Shown here: one piece after another, positions 1-19,774 of the stretch
Position numbering within the stretch: position 1 is the first letter of the stretch
Layout of the letters: every line of letters begins with the position of its first letter
Source of the DNA: the human T2T-CHM13v2.0 reference genome, Homo sapiens
NCBI RefSeq assembly: GCF_009914755.1
Contig: NC_060931.1
Strand: one strand, 5' to 3'
DNA: 64,000 nucleotides
Program-made: the position numbers and the translations under genes
The notes under the pieces: model-generated
What the model was told of the DNA's origin: nothing
Seen by the model: only the letters and a program-made list of their open reading frames with translations
Databases searched by the model: none

Positions 1-285
1 TTGCACAAGTAACTAAATGTCAAACAGAATATAGTTTCTACAGTTTAGTTCTTTATTTGTTATAGCCATGCCATTCCTTCTCTGCATGAAAATACAAGCA
101 TGGCTATTTGTTTAAAGAAACTGCAACTGACGATCATGTTCCAAGGCAGTTGCAAGATAGATCACTAAAGCAACTTTCAATAAGTAACTTTCTGCATCAT
201 TCCATGATTCATGCCACTTAGACTGAAATGTAACCCACAAACAGATTTAGTGTCAACTCTGGCAGTAACTTCCTCCCTGAAAAAC

Positions 286-327
<42 letters not shown>
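286..327. repeat. (ATG)14 trinucleotide microsatellite at the position of the L1 3' tail
   Basis: 42 bp of perfect ATG repeats directly abutting the L1 3' terminus (ttaagttctgg...). Confidence 0.97.
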
Positions 328-523
328 CTTAAGTTCTGGAATACAAGTGCAGAATGTGCAGATTTGTTACGTAGGTATACACATGCCATGGTGGTTTGCT
401 GCATCCATCAACCCGTCATCTACACTAGGTATTTCTCCTAGTGCTATCCCTCCCCTTTCCCCCACCCGCCGACAGGCCCCAGTGTGTGATATTCCCCTGT
501 CTTTGCCCATATGTTCTCATTGT

Positions 524-4346
<3,823 letters not shown>

Positions 4347-4409
4347 TATGATGTTAGCTGGTTATTTTGCTCATTAGTTGATTCAGTTTCTTCCTAGCAT
4401 CAATGGTCT

Positions 4410-5424
4410 TTACAATTTGGCATGTTTTTGCAGTGGCTGGTACCAGTTGTTCCTTTCCATGTTTAGTGCTTCCTTCAGGAGCTCTTGTAGGGCAGACCTG
4501 GTGGTGACAAAATCTCTCAGTGTTTGCTTGTCCGTAAAGGATTTTATTTCTCCTTCACTTATGAAGCTTAGTTTGGCTGGATATGAAATTCTGGATTGAA
4601 AATTATTTTCTTTAAGAGGTTGAATATTGGCCCCCACTCTCTTCTGGCTTGTAGAGTTTCTGCTGACAGATCCACTGTTAGTCTGATGGGCTTCCCTTTG
4701 TGGGTAACCCAACCTTTCTCTCTGGCTGCCCTTAACATTTTTTCCTTCATTTCAACTTTGGTGAATCTGACAATTAGGTGTCTTGGAGTTGCTCTTCTCG
4801 AGGAGTATCTTTGTGGCCTTCTTTCTATTTCCTGAATTTGAATGTTGGCCTGCCTTGCTAGATTGGGGAAGTTCTCTGGATAATATCCTGAAGAGTGTTT
4901 TCCAACTTGGTTCCATTCTTCCCGTCCCTTTCAGTTACACCAATCAGACGTAGATTTGGTCTTTTCACATAGTTCTATATTTCTTGGAGGCTTTGTTCAT
5001 TTCTTTTTATTCTTTTTCCTCTAAACTTCTCTTCTCGCTTCATTTCATTCATTTGATCTTCAATCACTGATACCCTTTCTTCCAGTTGATCGAATCGGCT
5101 ACTGAAGCTTGTGCATCCATTATGTAGTTCTCGTGCCATGGTTTTCAGCTCCATCAGGTCATTTAAGGACTTCTCTACATTGGTTATTCTAGTTAGCCAT
5201 TTGTCTCATCTTTTTTCAAGGTTTTCAACTTCTTTGCAATGGGTTTGAACTTCCTCCTTTAGCTTGGAGACGTTTGATTGTCTGAAGCCTTCTTCTTTCA
5301 ACTCATCAAAGTCATTCTCTGTCCAGCTTTGTTCCATTGCTGGTGAGGAACTGCGTTCCTTTGGAGGAGGAGAGGTCTTCTGACTTTTAGAATTTTCAGT
5401 TTTTCTGCTCTGTTTTTTCCCCAT
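4410..5424 (-). pseudogene. Disrupted L1 ORF1p of the younger L1
   Basis: MGKKQSRKTENSK... (5206-5424), MKEKMLRAAREKG... (4568-4750) and ...SYPAKLSF...LQKHAKL (4410-4712) lie in different frames. Confidence 0.95.
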
Positions 5425-6450
5425 CTTTGTGGTTTTATCTACCTTTGGTCTTTGATGATGGTGACATACAGGTGGGGTTTTGGTGTGGATGTCCTTTCTG
5501 TTTGTTAGTTTTCCCTCTAACAGTCAGGACCCTCAGCTGCAGGTCTGTTGGAGTTTGCTGGAGGTCCACTCCAGACCCTGTTTGCCTGGGTATCAGCAGC
5601 GGAGGCTGCAGAACAGCAAATATTGCTGAACAGCAAATGTTGCTGCCTGATCATTCCTCTGGAAGTTTTGTCTCAGAGGGGTACCCGGCCACGTGAAGTA
5701 TCAGTCTGCCCCTATTGGGGGGTGCCTCCCAGTTAGGCTACTCGGGGGTCAGGGACCCACTTGAGGAGGCAGTCTGTCTGTTCTCAGATCTCAAACTCCA
5801 TGCTGGGAGAACCACTACTCTCTTCAAAGCTGTCAGACAGGGACATTTAAGTCTGCAGAGGTTTCTGCTGCCTTTTGTTCAGCTATGCCCTGTGCCTAGA
5901 GGTGGAGTCTACAGAGGCAGGCAGGCCTCCTTGAGCTGCAGTGGGCTCCACCCAGTTCGAGCTTCCTGGCCACTTTATTTACCTACTCAAGCCTCAGCAA
6001 TGGCGGGTGCCCCTCCCCCAGCCTTGCTGCTGCCTTGCAGTTTGATCTCAGACTGCTGTGCTAGCAATGAGCGAGGCTCTGTGGGCATGGGACCCTCTGA
6101 GCCAGGCGTGGGATATAATCTCCTGGTGTGCCGTTTGTGAAGACCATTGGAAAAGCACCATATTAGGGTGGGAGTGACCCAATTTTCCAGGTGCCATCTG
6201 TCACAGCTTTGCTTGGCTAGGAAAGGGAATTTCCTGACCCCTTGCACTTCCCGGGTGAGGCGATGCCTTGCCTTGCTTCAGCTCATGCTCAGTGTGCTGC
6301 ACCCACTGTCCTGCACCCAGTGTCTGACAAGCCCCAGTGAGATGAACTGGGTACCTCAGTTGGAAATGCAGAAATCACCCATCTTCTGCGTCGCTCACAC
6401 TGGGAGCTGTGGACTGGAGCTGTTCCTATTTGGCCGTCTTGGAACTGCCC
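5425..6450 (-). promoter_or_regulatory. L1PA5-like 5' UTR (internal sense and antisense promoter)
   Basis: Complete 5' UTR upstream of ORF1. It keeps the ~129-bp segment (5553-5681) that is absent from L1HS/L1PA2. Confidence 0.8.
6000..6140 (+). pseudogene. Truncated L1 ORF0 (antisense ORF in the 5' UTR), 46 aa
   Basis: ATG at 6000 gives MAGAPPPALLLPCSLISDCCASNERGSVGMGPSEPGVGYNLLVCRL*, matching the primate L1 ORF0 N-terminus, with an early TGA at 6138-6140. Confidence 0.85.
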
Positions 6451-9537
<3,087 letters not shown>

Positions 9538-9619
9538 ATGTCATTATCCTGTCAATAACCAGTTAGCTGGTTATTTTGCCTGTTAGTTGATGCAGTTTCT
9601 TCATAGTTTCGGTGGACTT

Positions 9620-10647
9620 TACATTTTTGTATGTTGTTGCAGTGGCTGGTACTGGTTTTTCCTTTCCATATTTAGTGCTTCCTTCAGGAGCTCTTGTAAG
9701 GCAGGCCTGGTGGTGACAAAATCCCTCAGCATTAACTTGTCTGTAAAGGATTTTATTTCTCCTTCACTTATGAAGCTTAGTTTGGCTGGATATGAAGTTC
9801 TGGGTTGAAAATTCTTTTCTTTAACAATGTTGCATTTTGGCCCCCACTCTTCTGGCTTGTAGGGTTTCTGCAGAGAAATTGTCTGTTAGTGTGATGGGCC
9901 TCCCTTTGTGGGTAACTCAATCTTTCTCTCTGGCTGCCCTTAAGATTTTTCTCTTCATTTCAACCTTGGTGAATCTGACCATTATGTGTCTTGGGGTTGC
10001 TCTTCTTAAAGAGTATCTTTGTGGTGTTCTCTGTATTTCCTGAATTTGAATGTTGGCCTGTCTTGCTATGTTGGGGAGGTTCTCCTGGATAATATCCTGA
10101 AGCACGTTTTCCAGCTTAGTTTCATTCTCCCTGTCACTTTCAGGTACACCAATTAAGCATAGGTTTTGTCTCCTCACATAGTCCCGTATTTTTTGGAGGC
10201 TTTGTTCATTCCTGTTCATTCTTTTTTCTCTAATCTTGTCTTCACGCTTTATTTCATTAAGGGGATTTTCAACCTCGATATCCTTTCTTCTGCTTGATCG
10301 ATTTGGCTATTGATACTTGTGTATGCTTCACGAAGTTCTCGTGCTGTGTTTTTCACCTCCATCAGGTCATTTATGTTCTTCTCTAAACTGGTTATTCTAG
10401 TTAGCAGTTCCTGTAACCTTTTATCAAGGTTCTTAGCTTCCTTGCATTGGGTTAAAACTTGCTCCTTTAAGTTGGAGGAGTTTGTTATTACCCACCTTCT
10501 GAAGCCTATGTCTGTCAATTCATCAAACTCATTCTCTGTCCAGTTTCGTTCCCTTGCTGGCAAGGAGTTGTGATCCTTTGGAGGAGAGGAGGCATTCTGG
10601 TTTTTGGAATTTTCAGCCTTTTTGCACTGGTTTTTCCTCATCTTCAT
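9620..10647 (-). pseudogene. Disrupted L1 ORF1p of the L1PA7-like element
   Basis: ORF fragments 10249-10647 (coiled coil) and 9917-10219 (LIGVPE...TPRHI) are in different frames. Confidence 0.9.
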
Positions 10648-13437
10648 GGATTTGTCTACCTTTGATCTTTGATGTTGGTGACCTTTGGATGGAGTTTTTG
10701 AGTGGTCATCCTTTTTGTTGATGTTGATGCTATTGCTTCCTGTTTGTTAGTTTTCCTTCTAACAGTCAGGCCCCTCTGCTGCAGGTCTGCTGGAAGTTTG
10801 CTGGAGGTCCACTCCAGACCCTGTTTGCCTGGGTATCACCAGCAGAGGCTGCAGAACAGCAATGATTGCTGCCTGCTCCTTCCTCTGGAAGCTTCATCCC
10901 AGAGGGGCACCCACCAGATGCCAGCCAGAGCTCTCCTGTATGAGATATCTCTTGACCCCTGCTGGGAGGTGTCTCCCAGTCAGGAGGCACAGGGGTCAGG
11001 GATCCACTTGAGGAGGCAGTCTGTCCCTTATCAGAGCGTGAGCGCTGTGCTGGGAGGTCCGCTGCTATCTTCAGAGCCAGCATGCCAGAACATTTAAGTC
11101 TGCTGAAGCTGTGCCCACAGCTGCACCTTCTCCCAAGTGCTCTGTCCCAGGGAGATGGGAGTTTTATCTATAAACCCCTGACTGCGGCTGCTGCCTTTCT
11201 TTCAGAGATGCCCTGCCTAGAGGGGAGGAATCTAGAGAGGCAGTTTGGCTACAGCAGCTTTGCCAAGCTGTGGTGGGCTCTGCCCAGTTTGAACTTCCAG
11301 CCAGCTTTGTTTACACTGTGAGGGGAAAACCACCTACTCAAGCCTCAGTAATGGTGGATGACCCTCCCCCCACCAAGCTGGAGTATCCCAAGTCGACTTC
11401 AGACTGCTGTGCTGGCAGCAAGAATTTCAAGCCAGTGGATCTTAGCTTGCTGGGCTCTATGGGTGGGATCTCCTGAGCAAGACCACTCGGCTCCCTGGCT
11501 TCAGCCCCCTTTCCAGGGCAGTGAGCAGCTCTGTCTTGCTGGTGTTCCAGATGCCACTGGGGTAGGAAAAAAAAAAAAAAAACTCCTACAGCTAGCTTGG
11601 TGTCTGCCCAAAAGGTCACCCAGCTTTGTGCTTGAAACCCAGGGCACTGGTGGTGTAGGCACCTGAGGGAATCTCCTGGTGTGTGGGTTGCAAAGACAGT
11701 GGGAAAAGCATAGTATCTGGGCCAGAGTGCACCATTTCTCAAGGCACAGTCCCTCACGGCTTCCCTTGGCTAGGGGAGGGAGTTCCCTGACCCCTTGTGC
11801 TCTCTGGGTGAGGCAACACTCCACCCTGCTTCTGCTCACCCTCTATGGGCTGCACCCACTGTCTAACCAGTCCCATTGAGATGTGCCAGGTACCTCAGTT
11901 GGAAATGCAGAAGTCACCCACTTTCTACATTGGTCTCGCTGGGAGCTGCAGACTGGAGCTATTCCCATTTGGCCATCTTGCCTGGAAATCCCTCAGAAAC
12001 CTTTGATGCCACATTGCCCAATTGCTTGTGATGATCAATAGATTTTGGGCCCTTTGTGAAGTGAATAAACAACTACCCACAAAAGGTCATAGTATCTCAT
12101 TTGCACACTCTCCTTCAAAAGCTGTTTCTCATAGTGAAACAATGAGAGTTGTTTCTCTGCAGTTTCTTTGGAAGTTGTGACTTCCAATATGTAGATTTGT
12201 GCTCATGCCAGTGTTTTGTGTCCCCACAGGTTTATTCTTAAATCAGTCATGGTACATAAATGACATCAGTATTTTTGAGAAGAGTCCCATTAGTGCCATT
12301 AGAAGTATTCTCCATTTTGCTTCCAGGTCCAAACAATATGTTTGAAACCAGACAAAATCCTGGACAATACATAAGCATTTCAGATACCAAAATACTTTCA
12401 AATGCCCCATAGATCTAAAAGATGTTGTAGATTCAGAGGCCATGTACTTTAGTAGCACTAGAAAGTTATTTTTCAAAAGAAACATTATAAGTATATATTA
12501 CATCATCTTGGAGACATTTGGGTAACTTTTTCAATTTGTTGTTTTTCCAAAGTTTCTCATGGTTATCTCACAGAAAATGAGAAATATTTCATATAAATTT
12601 CTTCCATTTTCATACAGTCTTCAGCATTACATCTCATTTATGTTTCCTTTAATGTATCTTACCATACCAGCACATTGCTTCTCTCCCAAAAAGTTAATGC
12701 ATTAGTCCACAAACATGTATATGTGTATTAATGCATGTTTGACAGCAGTCACACACTTATATCACTGGTCCTGTGACAATTTAATTGAGCAGGAAAGTCT
12801 GAAAAGCATTTACTTACCACAAGGATTTTTGAAGTTGCATGTTCTTCTTAAAAGATTGGAAGACTCTCTTAAGAAGGGAACAAAATACTATGCACATACA
12901 CATACACATGATATTAGAAAACAACACTATCACGGTTTACTGTAACTCATGTGACTCCTCCTCCACACTCAGCACCCCCACACTCCTGATAAAAGTTACT
13001 TTAAATCACATAGTGGATTCAAAATATTTAAAAATACTTCAAACTGGATTAATGTTTACCAAATGCAATTTAACTGTCCTTTAAAGGCTGGGCTGCTCAT
13101 CCATATGTAGGCCCTTTCTAAGGGAAGGCTCTGGAGACAGATGGGATCACACACAGTGCCACACCTGCCTTCCTAGGAAGGAGAGAGAGTGTGACCAAAG
13201 ACTCCCTCATTAAGTTAGCAAGGGAGTGAGGGAGTGTGACCAAAGACTCCAGATAACAGAACTCTATTCTGTTTCTTATTCTTCTCTTTTGTGATCAATC
13301 ACCTCCTTCCTCAGCCTTGGGTTTTGCTAGGATGGACTTCATCTCACACCTTTTGTGGCTGAAGTGGGAGAGGGGGACTCAGAAAATCCCAGCTCTTCTT
13401 CATTTGCTTCAAAAGCAATTAAAGCCTAAGATAGAAG

Positions 13438-14269
13438 TGTGTATGGAATTGGTTCCTTCTGGTGGGTTCTTGGTCTCGCTGACCTCAAGAATGAAGCTGA
13501 GAACCCTCGTGGTGAGTGTCACAGTTCTTAAAGATGGTGTGTCTGGAGTTTGTTCCTTCAGATGTTCAGATGTGTCCAGAGTTTCTTCCTTCCAGTGGGT
13601 TCGTGGTCTCGCTGACTTCAGGAGCAAAGCTGCAGACCTTCACAGTGAGTGTTACAGCTCTTAAAGGTGGCGCATCCGGAGTTGTTTGTTCCTCCCGGTG
13701 GGTTCATGGTCTCCCTGGCCTCAGGAGTGAAGCTGCAGAACTTCACAGTGAATGTTACAGCTCATAAAGGTAGTGCAGACCCAAAGAGTGAGCAGCAGCA
13801 AGATTTATTGCAAAGAGCAAATGAACAAAGCTTCCACAATGTGGAAGGGGACCCAAGTGGGTTGCCCAGCTGGCTTGGGTGGCCTGCTTTTATTCCCTTA
13901 TTTGGCCCCACCTACATCCTGCTGATTGGTCCATTTTACAGAGAGCTGATTGGTTCATTTTACAGAGTGCTGATTGGTCCATTTTTACAGAGTGCTGATT
14001 GGTGCATTTACAAACCCTTAGCTAGACACAGAGTACTGATTGGTGCATTTTTACAGAGTGATGATTGGTGCATTTGCAAACCTTTAGCTAGACACAGAGC
14101 ACTGGTTGGTGCATTTACAATCCTTTAGCTAGACAGAAAAGTTCTCCAAGTTCCCTACCCAATTAGCTAGACACAGAGCACTGATTGGTGCATTTGCAGT
14201 CCTTTAGCTAGACAGAAAAGTTCTCCAAGTCCCCACCTGACCCAGAAACCCAGCTGGCTTCACCTCTCA
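13438..14269 (-). mobile_element. Solo LTR12 (ERV9/HERV9 LTR)
   Basis: Minus strand starts TGAGAGGTGAAGCCAGCTGGG and ends ...CACA. Seven tgattgg (CCAAT) repeats at 13920-14190 and typical U5 repeats. 4-bp flanks gaag/gaaa. Confidence 0.93.
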
Positions 14270-14416
14270 GAAAGAAGGTAGTGTGCTTGCTGTCCTGTTT
14301 GCCTCAAGTGGACAGTTGGTATCTCAAGATCCTTCAGATTGCATAATATTCAGTTCAATAGACTGTGCTCACCAAGAACCCTCAACCCCTACTATACGAA
14401 TTCCTTCAAAGGTAAA

Positions 14417-14417
<1 letters not shown>

Positions 14418-14467
<50 letters not shown>
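14418..14467. repeat. (CA)25 microsatellite
   Basis: Perfect 50-bp CA run. Confidence 0.98.
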
Positions 14468-14468
<1 letters not shown>

Positions 14469-16553
14469 CAGAAAAATGGAGAGTTTTGCTCAAGACAGCA
14501 TACTTGCATTACTAGTGAGAAGTTCTAGGTTAAAAAATCCATTCATGTCATGAAAAGAGTGTGCAATACAATGGGAAAAGGGTGGGTGAGTTGGCTCTTC
14601 CTGGGCTGATCACACAATGGCTCCGGGTTGACTTTTGATAAGGAACACAGCTGAGTTCAATGTTCTTGTTAGATAGAAGTGTTATGGATCAGCTCCTGGA
14701 AACTTTTCTACCCTAATCTGCCCAGCTTGTTTATTTTCAAACCTGTGTACCACTCTTTTAGGCAGGTTTCCAGGAAGATCATCTGGAGATGAGTTTATTT
14801 CCAGCTTCCTCCCCTTATAATAATGTCGAAGAAGAAACTGACCAAACCAAGGGGATTGTATTTTAAGCATCAACTACACCTTTTTCTGGGAATTGCATAT
14901 AAACAAAGAAACATTATTATGTTGCCCCAGCCCTGTACTTTCACATGTTGTCTCTTCCAAGTTATATCATTTCAAAATTTACCTAATTATTATTTGAATT
15001 ATTCCCACATGTATGTATTATGCTTATTCTTTTCAAGAATATTGGTTTTTTTTTTGTACCCAGAAGTGAGAGATACTTTTGGTGAATGTAAAGGTATCAT
15101 GGACTCCCCAAGTGGAGACTATCATCAGGCTCTTTGGCCCACTGAACAAGAACATGTCCTATCCCAATTCAGCTTCCTAATGAGATGGAGATAGATTTCT
15201 TCATTGATTTTTACTAGTCCCAATTTTTAGTCTTCCCAATGCAGCAAATGCATTGTCTACTTGGGTATTAAACTCCAATTGATACTTTTTAAACATCTAT
15301 TTATTCTCTGCTTTTAGGAATGAAATAATTACATCTGTAACCTGAATAGCAGGATATGCTCTTATGCCTTACCTGGAGCCAATTTGTATTGGGGAAGAAT
15401 GTTTTTGTGTTTCTCTTAAGAAAGCTCTGTTAAATTAAATGGAATACTCCTTTCCAAATGTATTTGCACACAAAATTTAATAATGGCAAATGGCATTCTA
15501 TGGCATAAATATGGGGGAATATTGCTTACATATATCGATAATCCTAGTATGATTCATTCTGCTTATATACAGTCATCAATGTGTATTCATTCTCTTCGTT
15601 GTTTCTGGCAGATGTGCCTCTAGATCTAGAAGTAGTTGCAAATCATCAAGATAGAAGTTAAAAGTAAGAGAGGTCAAACTGCCGTGTTTCATGCTGTTCA
15701 GTATTTTGATCCTTTGAAAAGATGTCAGATGCAGGTTTAGACTGCATTTATGTGAGGCTGACTTACTCACTCATCTTAATTAAGACCATCATCAGAAGGG
15801 ATATCCTGGACTTGTGGAAAGCAATTGTTTTTCCTTCACATTAACCCTTGAACTGATGTCCCCCAGCCCGGTGAATGTTAAATTGAACATTGGTATTTAG
15901 AAGTATCAGAAAGACTTTCACATTCTACATAGTATTTCTTGATGTAATGAAGATATCAAAATGTCCTATCAATCCTTGCTCAAGAAGGACTTCTCTATTC
16001 ATTTTGTATCAATGAATCATTCATAAATTAAGACAGATTTGTCTGGCTATGCTTGAATAAACTTGGATCTTGCCTATGTAGCTCTTGATTGGAAAGGTCT
16101 TCCTGGGTAGAGAGAAGGCTCCACTTATATCAAAGAGAGAGTATATAAAGGGAAACAGAAAGGAACTTGCTGAAATTTAAACTTAATTTTGAACATCTTA
16201 TTTGCATGCATCATAAAATCAGAAATACACTCCATCTTTGTGGGGATGTTAGATTGAATGTATTGATCAGCAAGAGACAAGTCTCTGAGACCCAGATTCT
16301 GGAGAGGGGTTCAGGAAAGCACAGTCCAGGCAAGTGCCTCAAATGTCATAGGCACTTGGATCCCTCTGGGTGGGTCTCAGTAACATCACTTTGCAAAGCT
16401 CACATAGTGAAAAGTAGCCAATGGTGTGCACCACTGAGTGAGACGATGCTTTGCCACGTGTTCCAACCTTAGTCATGTGACTTCATGGGAATGATCCCAG
16501 CTAAATGGGCCCCAAGTAAATATTCTGTTTGCAGAAGGTGAATACTTAATTCT

Positions 16554-16898
16554 TTATTGATATGCTGGGAGTAAATTTCTACTAGAAGAGTTGTCTGCAC
16601 TCACACTCAGAGCCTAACTCTGTGGGGTGTTGGTAGGAGAGTAACAGCTGCTCACCTGTTAAATTGGTTTTGGCAGATCCCTATGCTGTGGTTGAGATAT
16701 CCGGTTCAGGACAACATATCAGCCTTCAACTACCTCATCACAACACTGGCCTTCCTTGTCCCCACTGAAAAGGCAATATTAAGCTGTCTATTGTCCAGCC
16801 TTCACAAAAGAGTTGTCTAAAGGTTAAGCACTCTGTTAATGCTTCTACCCAAGCTAGACCGATAAGAGCTTCATATTTGGGTTTACAAATTGCCTAAA
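16554..16898. repeat. Local direct duplication, copy 1 (~345 bp)
   Basis: About 88-89% identical by manual alignment to 18312-18658. Confidence 0.93.
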
Positions 16899-18311
16899 CT
16901 GGATTGCATTTTAAGGTTGTGCCCTTGGTTTCTAAGGAGGAGACTCTAGCCTTGCTTGTAGGACTCCTGTTAAGTTCAGTGTGTATAACATCACTCAGCA
17001 TTTCCCATGTGAGGCCCCACCAGCCTGATTTGCTTGAGACATTAGTACAAGAAAAATACATTCGCTTCCCCTGAGGAACTAGCATGTTTCTTCTCATCTA
17101 ATAATAAGAACTATGCAACTGACCATATCTCCCCTCTTTTGCTTTGACTGCCAGGGGGCTAAGAGCCAAATTTAACTATGTTTGCAGCAATGTAAGCCTA
17201 TATGGGCCTGTGTATTTGCATCCTTGTATCACCTGCCTCTTCTTTCTTTCTTTTTTCCTTTATTCATTAATTCATTTGTTTTAGTCTTACCTTCGTCAAT
17301 TACTCTGAAAAAATAGGCAGAGTTATATATTAATAATAACTTAAAAAGTAGAAAATATTTGGTAATTTTCAAAATAAAGATGGTTTCACTTTAGAATGAT
17401 TGTTGGCCTATTTCTAATGTCAACATTATGAATTCATATTAATCGAGTTGTATATGATGTTTCTTTTAAAGTACTATATATTCATACTAAAACAAATGAA
17501 ACAAAATAAAACATACTTTTGTCTTTGGGTTGATTTAAGTTTCAGAGATTTGGTAATTCTACCTCTGAAAGACAAAACAGACTATTTGGAAAACAAAACA
17601 AAAACTGATGTAGAACATACCATCTATGCATCTACTATCAGAGAATGACCTCTTTGTTTTAAAATGGACAATGGAAAATGAAAGTTATTTACATTAGCTG
17701 CACTTTGTTAATTTGCTGATATCATGAATGAAAGAAGACTGTTGGTTGAAAATCTAAAAAAAATGGTAAGAATTCAGTCATTGTAATGGCCTAGTTTCAA
17801 ATACCACAAGGCAGGTTTCAGGGTGTTTCCCCCGCATTGTCACTCTCTTCTGCCTCACCACTCTTTTACACAGAAACCCTTTTTAAAAAAATAAGTATCT
17901 CTATTTGCATAGGACTGCATAGGCCATCACAATCATTCAATAAAAAGTGGGCACTATTAGTAAGACAAAGGTTGAACATGTTTGAGTTTTGAAGAACCTA
18001 AAGCTAGTTTCAAAACCAATAGGACCCTGTGGATTTCACAGAAATTTTACAGGTGGTAAAACTAAATGGAACAACAGATTGAGAGCCAGGGTTCTGGGAG
18101 AAGGTAAGCAGGACACAGAGATAGTGAAAGGAGACCAGAGGAGAGGGCTCCTGAGAAGGATTCTGCATTGATGGAAAAATAGAAAACAAAGCTGTTACAT
18201 ATCATCCTCTGGACATTCATGAGTGATCATATAATAGCAATGTTTTCTTTCTGGTAATTGACTGTCCTCTTTTGCCCTTAAGAAGTTAAAGACTCTCTTA
18301 AGGAGACTCTC

Positions 18312-18658
18312 TTATTCATATGCTGGGAATAAATTCCTGTGACAAAAGTTGTCTGCGTTCACGCTCAGAGCCTAACTCTGTGAGGCGGTGGGAGGCGAGT
18401 AACAGCTGCCCACCTGTTAAATTGGTTTTGGCAGATCCGTGTCCTGTGGTTGAGATATATCTGGTTCAGGACAACACATCTGCCTTCAACTACCTCATCA
18501 CACCACTGGTCTTCCGTGTCCCTACTGAAAAGATAATATCAAGCCGTCTGTTGTCCAGCCTTCACAAAAGAGTTGTCTAAAGGTTAAGCACTCCGTTAAT
18601 GCTTCTATTCAAGCTAGACCGATAGAAGCTTCATACTTGGGTTTACAAATTGCCTAAA
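18312..18658. repeat. Local direct duplication, copy 2 (~347 bp)
   Basis: About 38 substitutions and one 2-bp indel relative to 16554-16898. Confidence 0.93.
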
Positions 18659-19468
18659 GTGACTTAAACATAGAGGAATAGACTGCCACATTGGAAAATG
18701 ACTCATGGTTTGGTTGAAAGAGCTGAAAGAAACAGAGAAAAGGAAATATGTGAAACTGTTCTAGAGGTTGTTTCAATGAACCCAGAGATGTGTATCTTAG
18801 CTCTTTGTTCACTATCCAGAAAGCTGTGCTTGTGGGTGCATCAGACTTCATTTTTCTTTTCTTACATCTTTTGAAAAATTTGATGCTTACCATCATGGAA
18901 CCCTGGGCATTTCCAAGCTCATCCTTCTCTGAGTTCAAGTCTGTAAAGCACAACTTAGGTGTTTCTCAGGTTCTTTGTTTTGTTACCCAAATGGGTGAGA
19001 AAAGACTCACCCTGTGCCCTCTCTCCCATCACCACAGAGTCTCATGCTATCCAGTAGCCTCCTCTTCTGCACAGGCCAGAGTGCAATCTCACCAGTATGC
19101 AAAAGGTGCTGCCAGGCTCCCAGAGGCAGGGATGTTATCCTTGCCATAGCTGGAAAAGAGCAAGTTGAGATTGGAATCATGAAGTGTTATTACAAGTCAC
19201 TAAGTTCATGTGTAAGTAATGAGAAAATCACAGAATCTCCGTTTAATAAGACAAGTACGAAATCCCTCAGAATAGAGTGCGTTTCATAGGAAACTGATAA
19301 CCAGATCCTCCCACACCCAAGCAATTAAAATACAATAACCTCCTTCCTGCTTCCCAATCTCACACACCCTCACCCTCAATCAAACTGAAGTTGAAAAAGT
19401 ACTTGTATAAATTCTGGCTACATAGCATTGAATGTCCTCTTCCAAATTATGGGAACTTCTGGAAATAA

Positions 19469-19774
<306 letters not shown>

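Noticed and set aside
177-441. Poly-Met and poly-Ile ORFs
   Set aside because: Artefacts of the (ATG)14 microsatellite plus L1 3' UTR sequence.
13440-14230. CRISPR-like or novel repeat array
   Set aside because: These are the ordinary U3/U5 internal repeats of LTR12; there are no unique spacers or cas genes and the DNA is eukaryotic.
18488-18502. let-7-like seed (TGAGGTAG on minus) or C/D snoRNA box (GTGATGA) in both duplicate copies
   Set aside because: No precursor hairpin or terminal stem is visible, and the match to let-7 ends just after the seed.
16554-18658. The duplicated segments as paired LTRs of a provirus
   Set aside because: No TG...CA termini, TSD, primer-binding site, polypurine tract or retroviral coding remnants between the copies.
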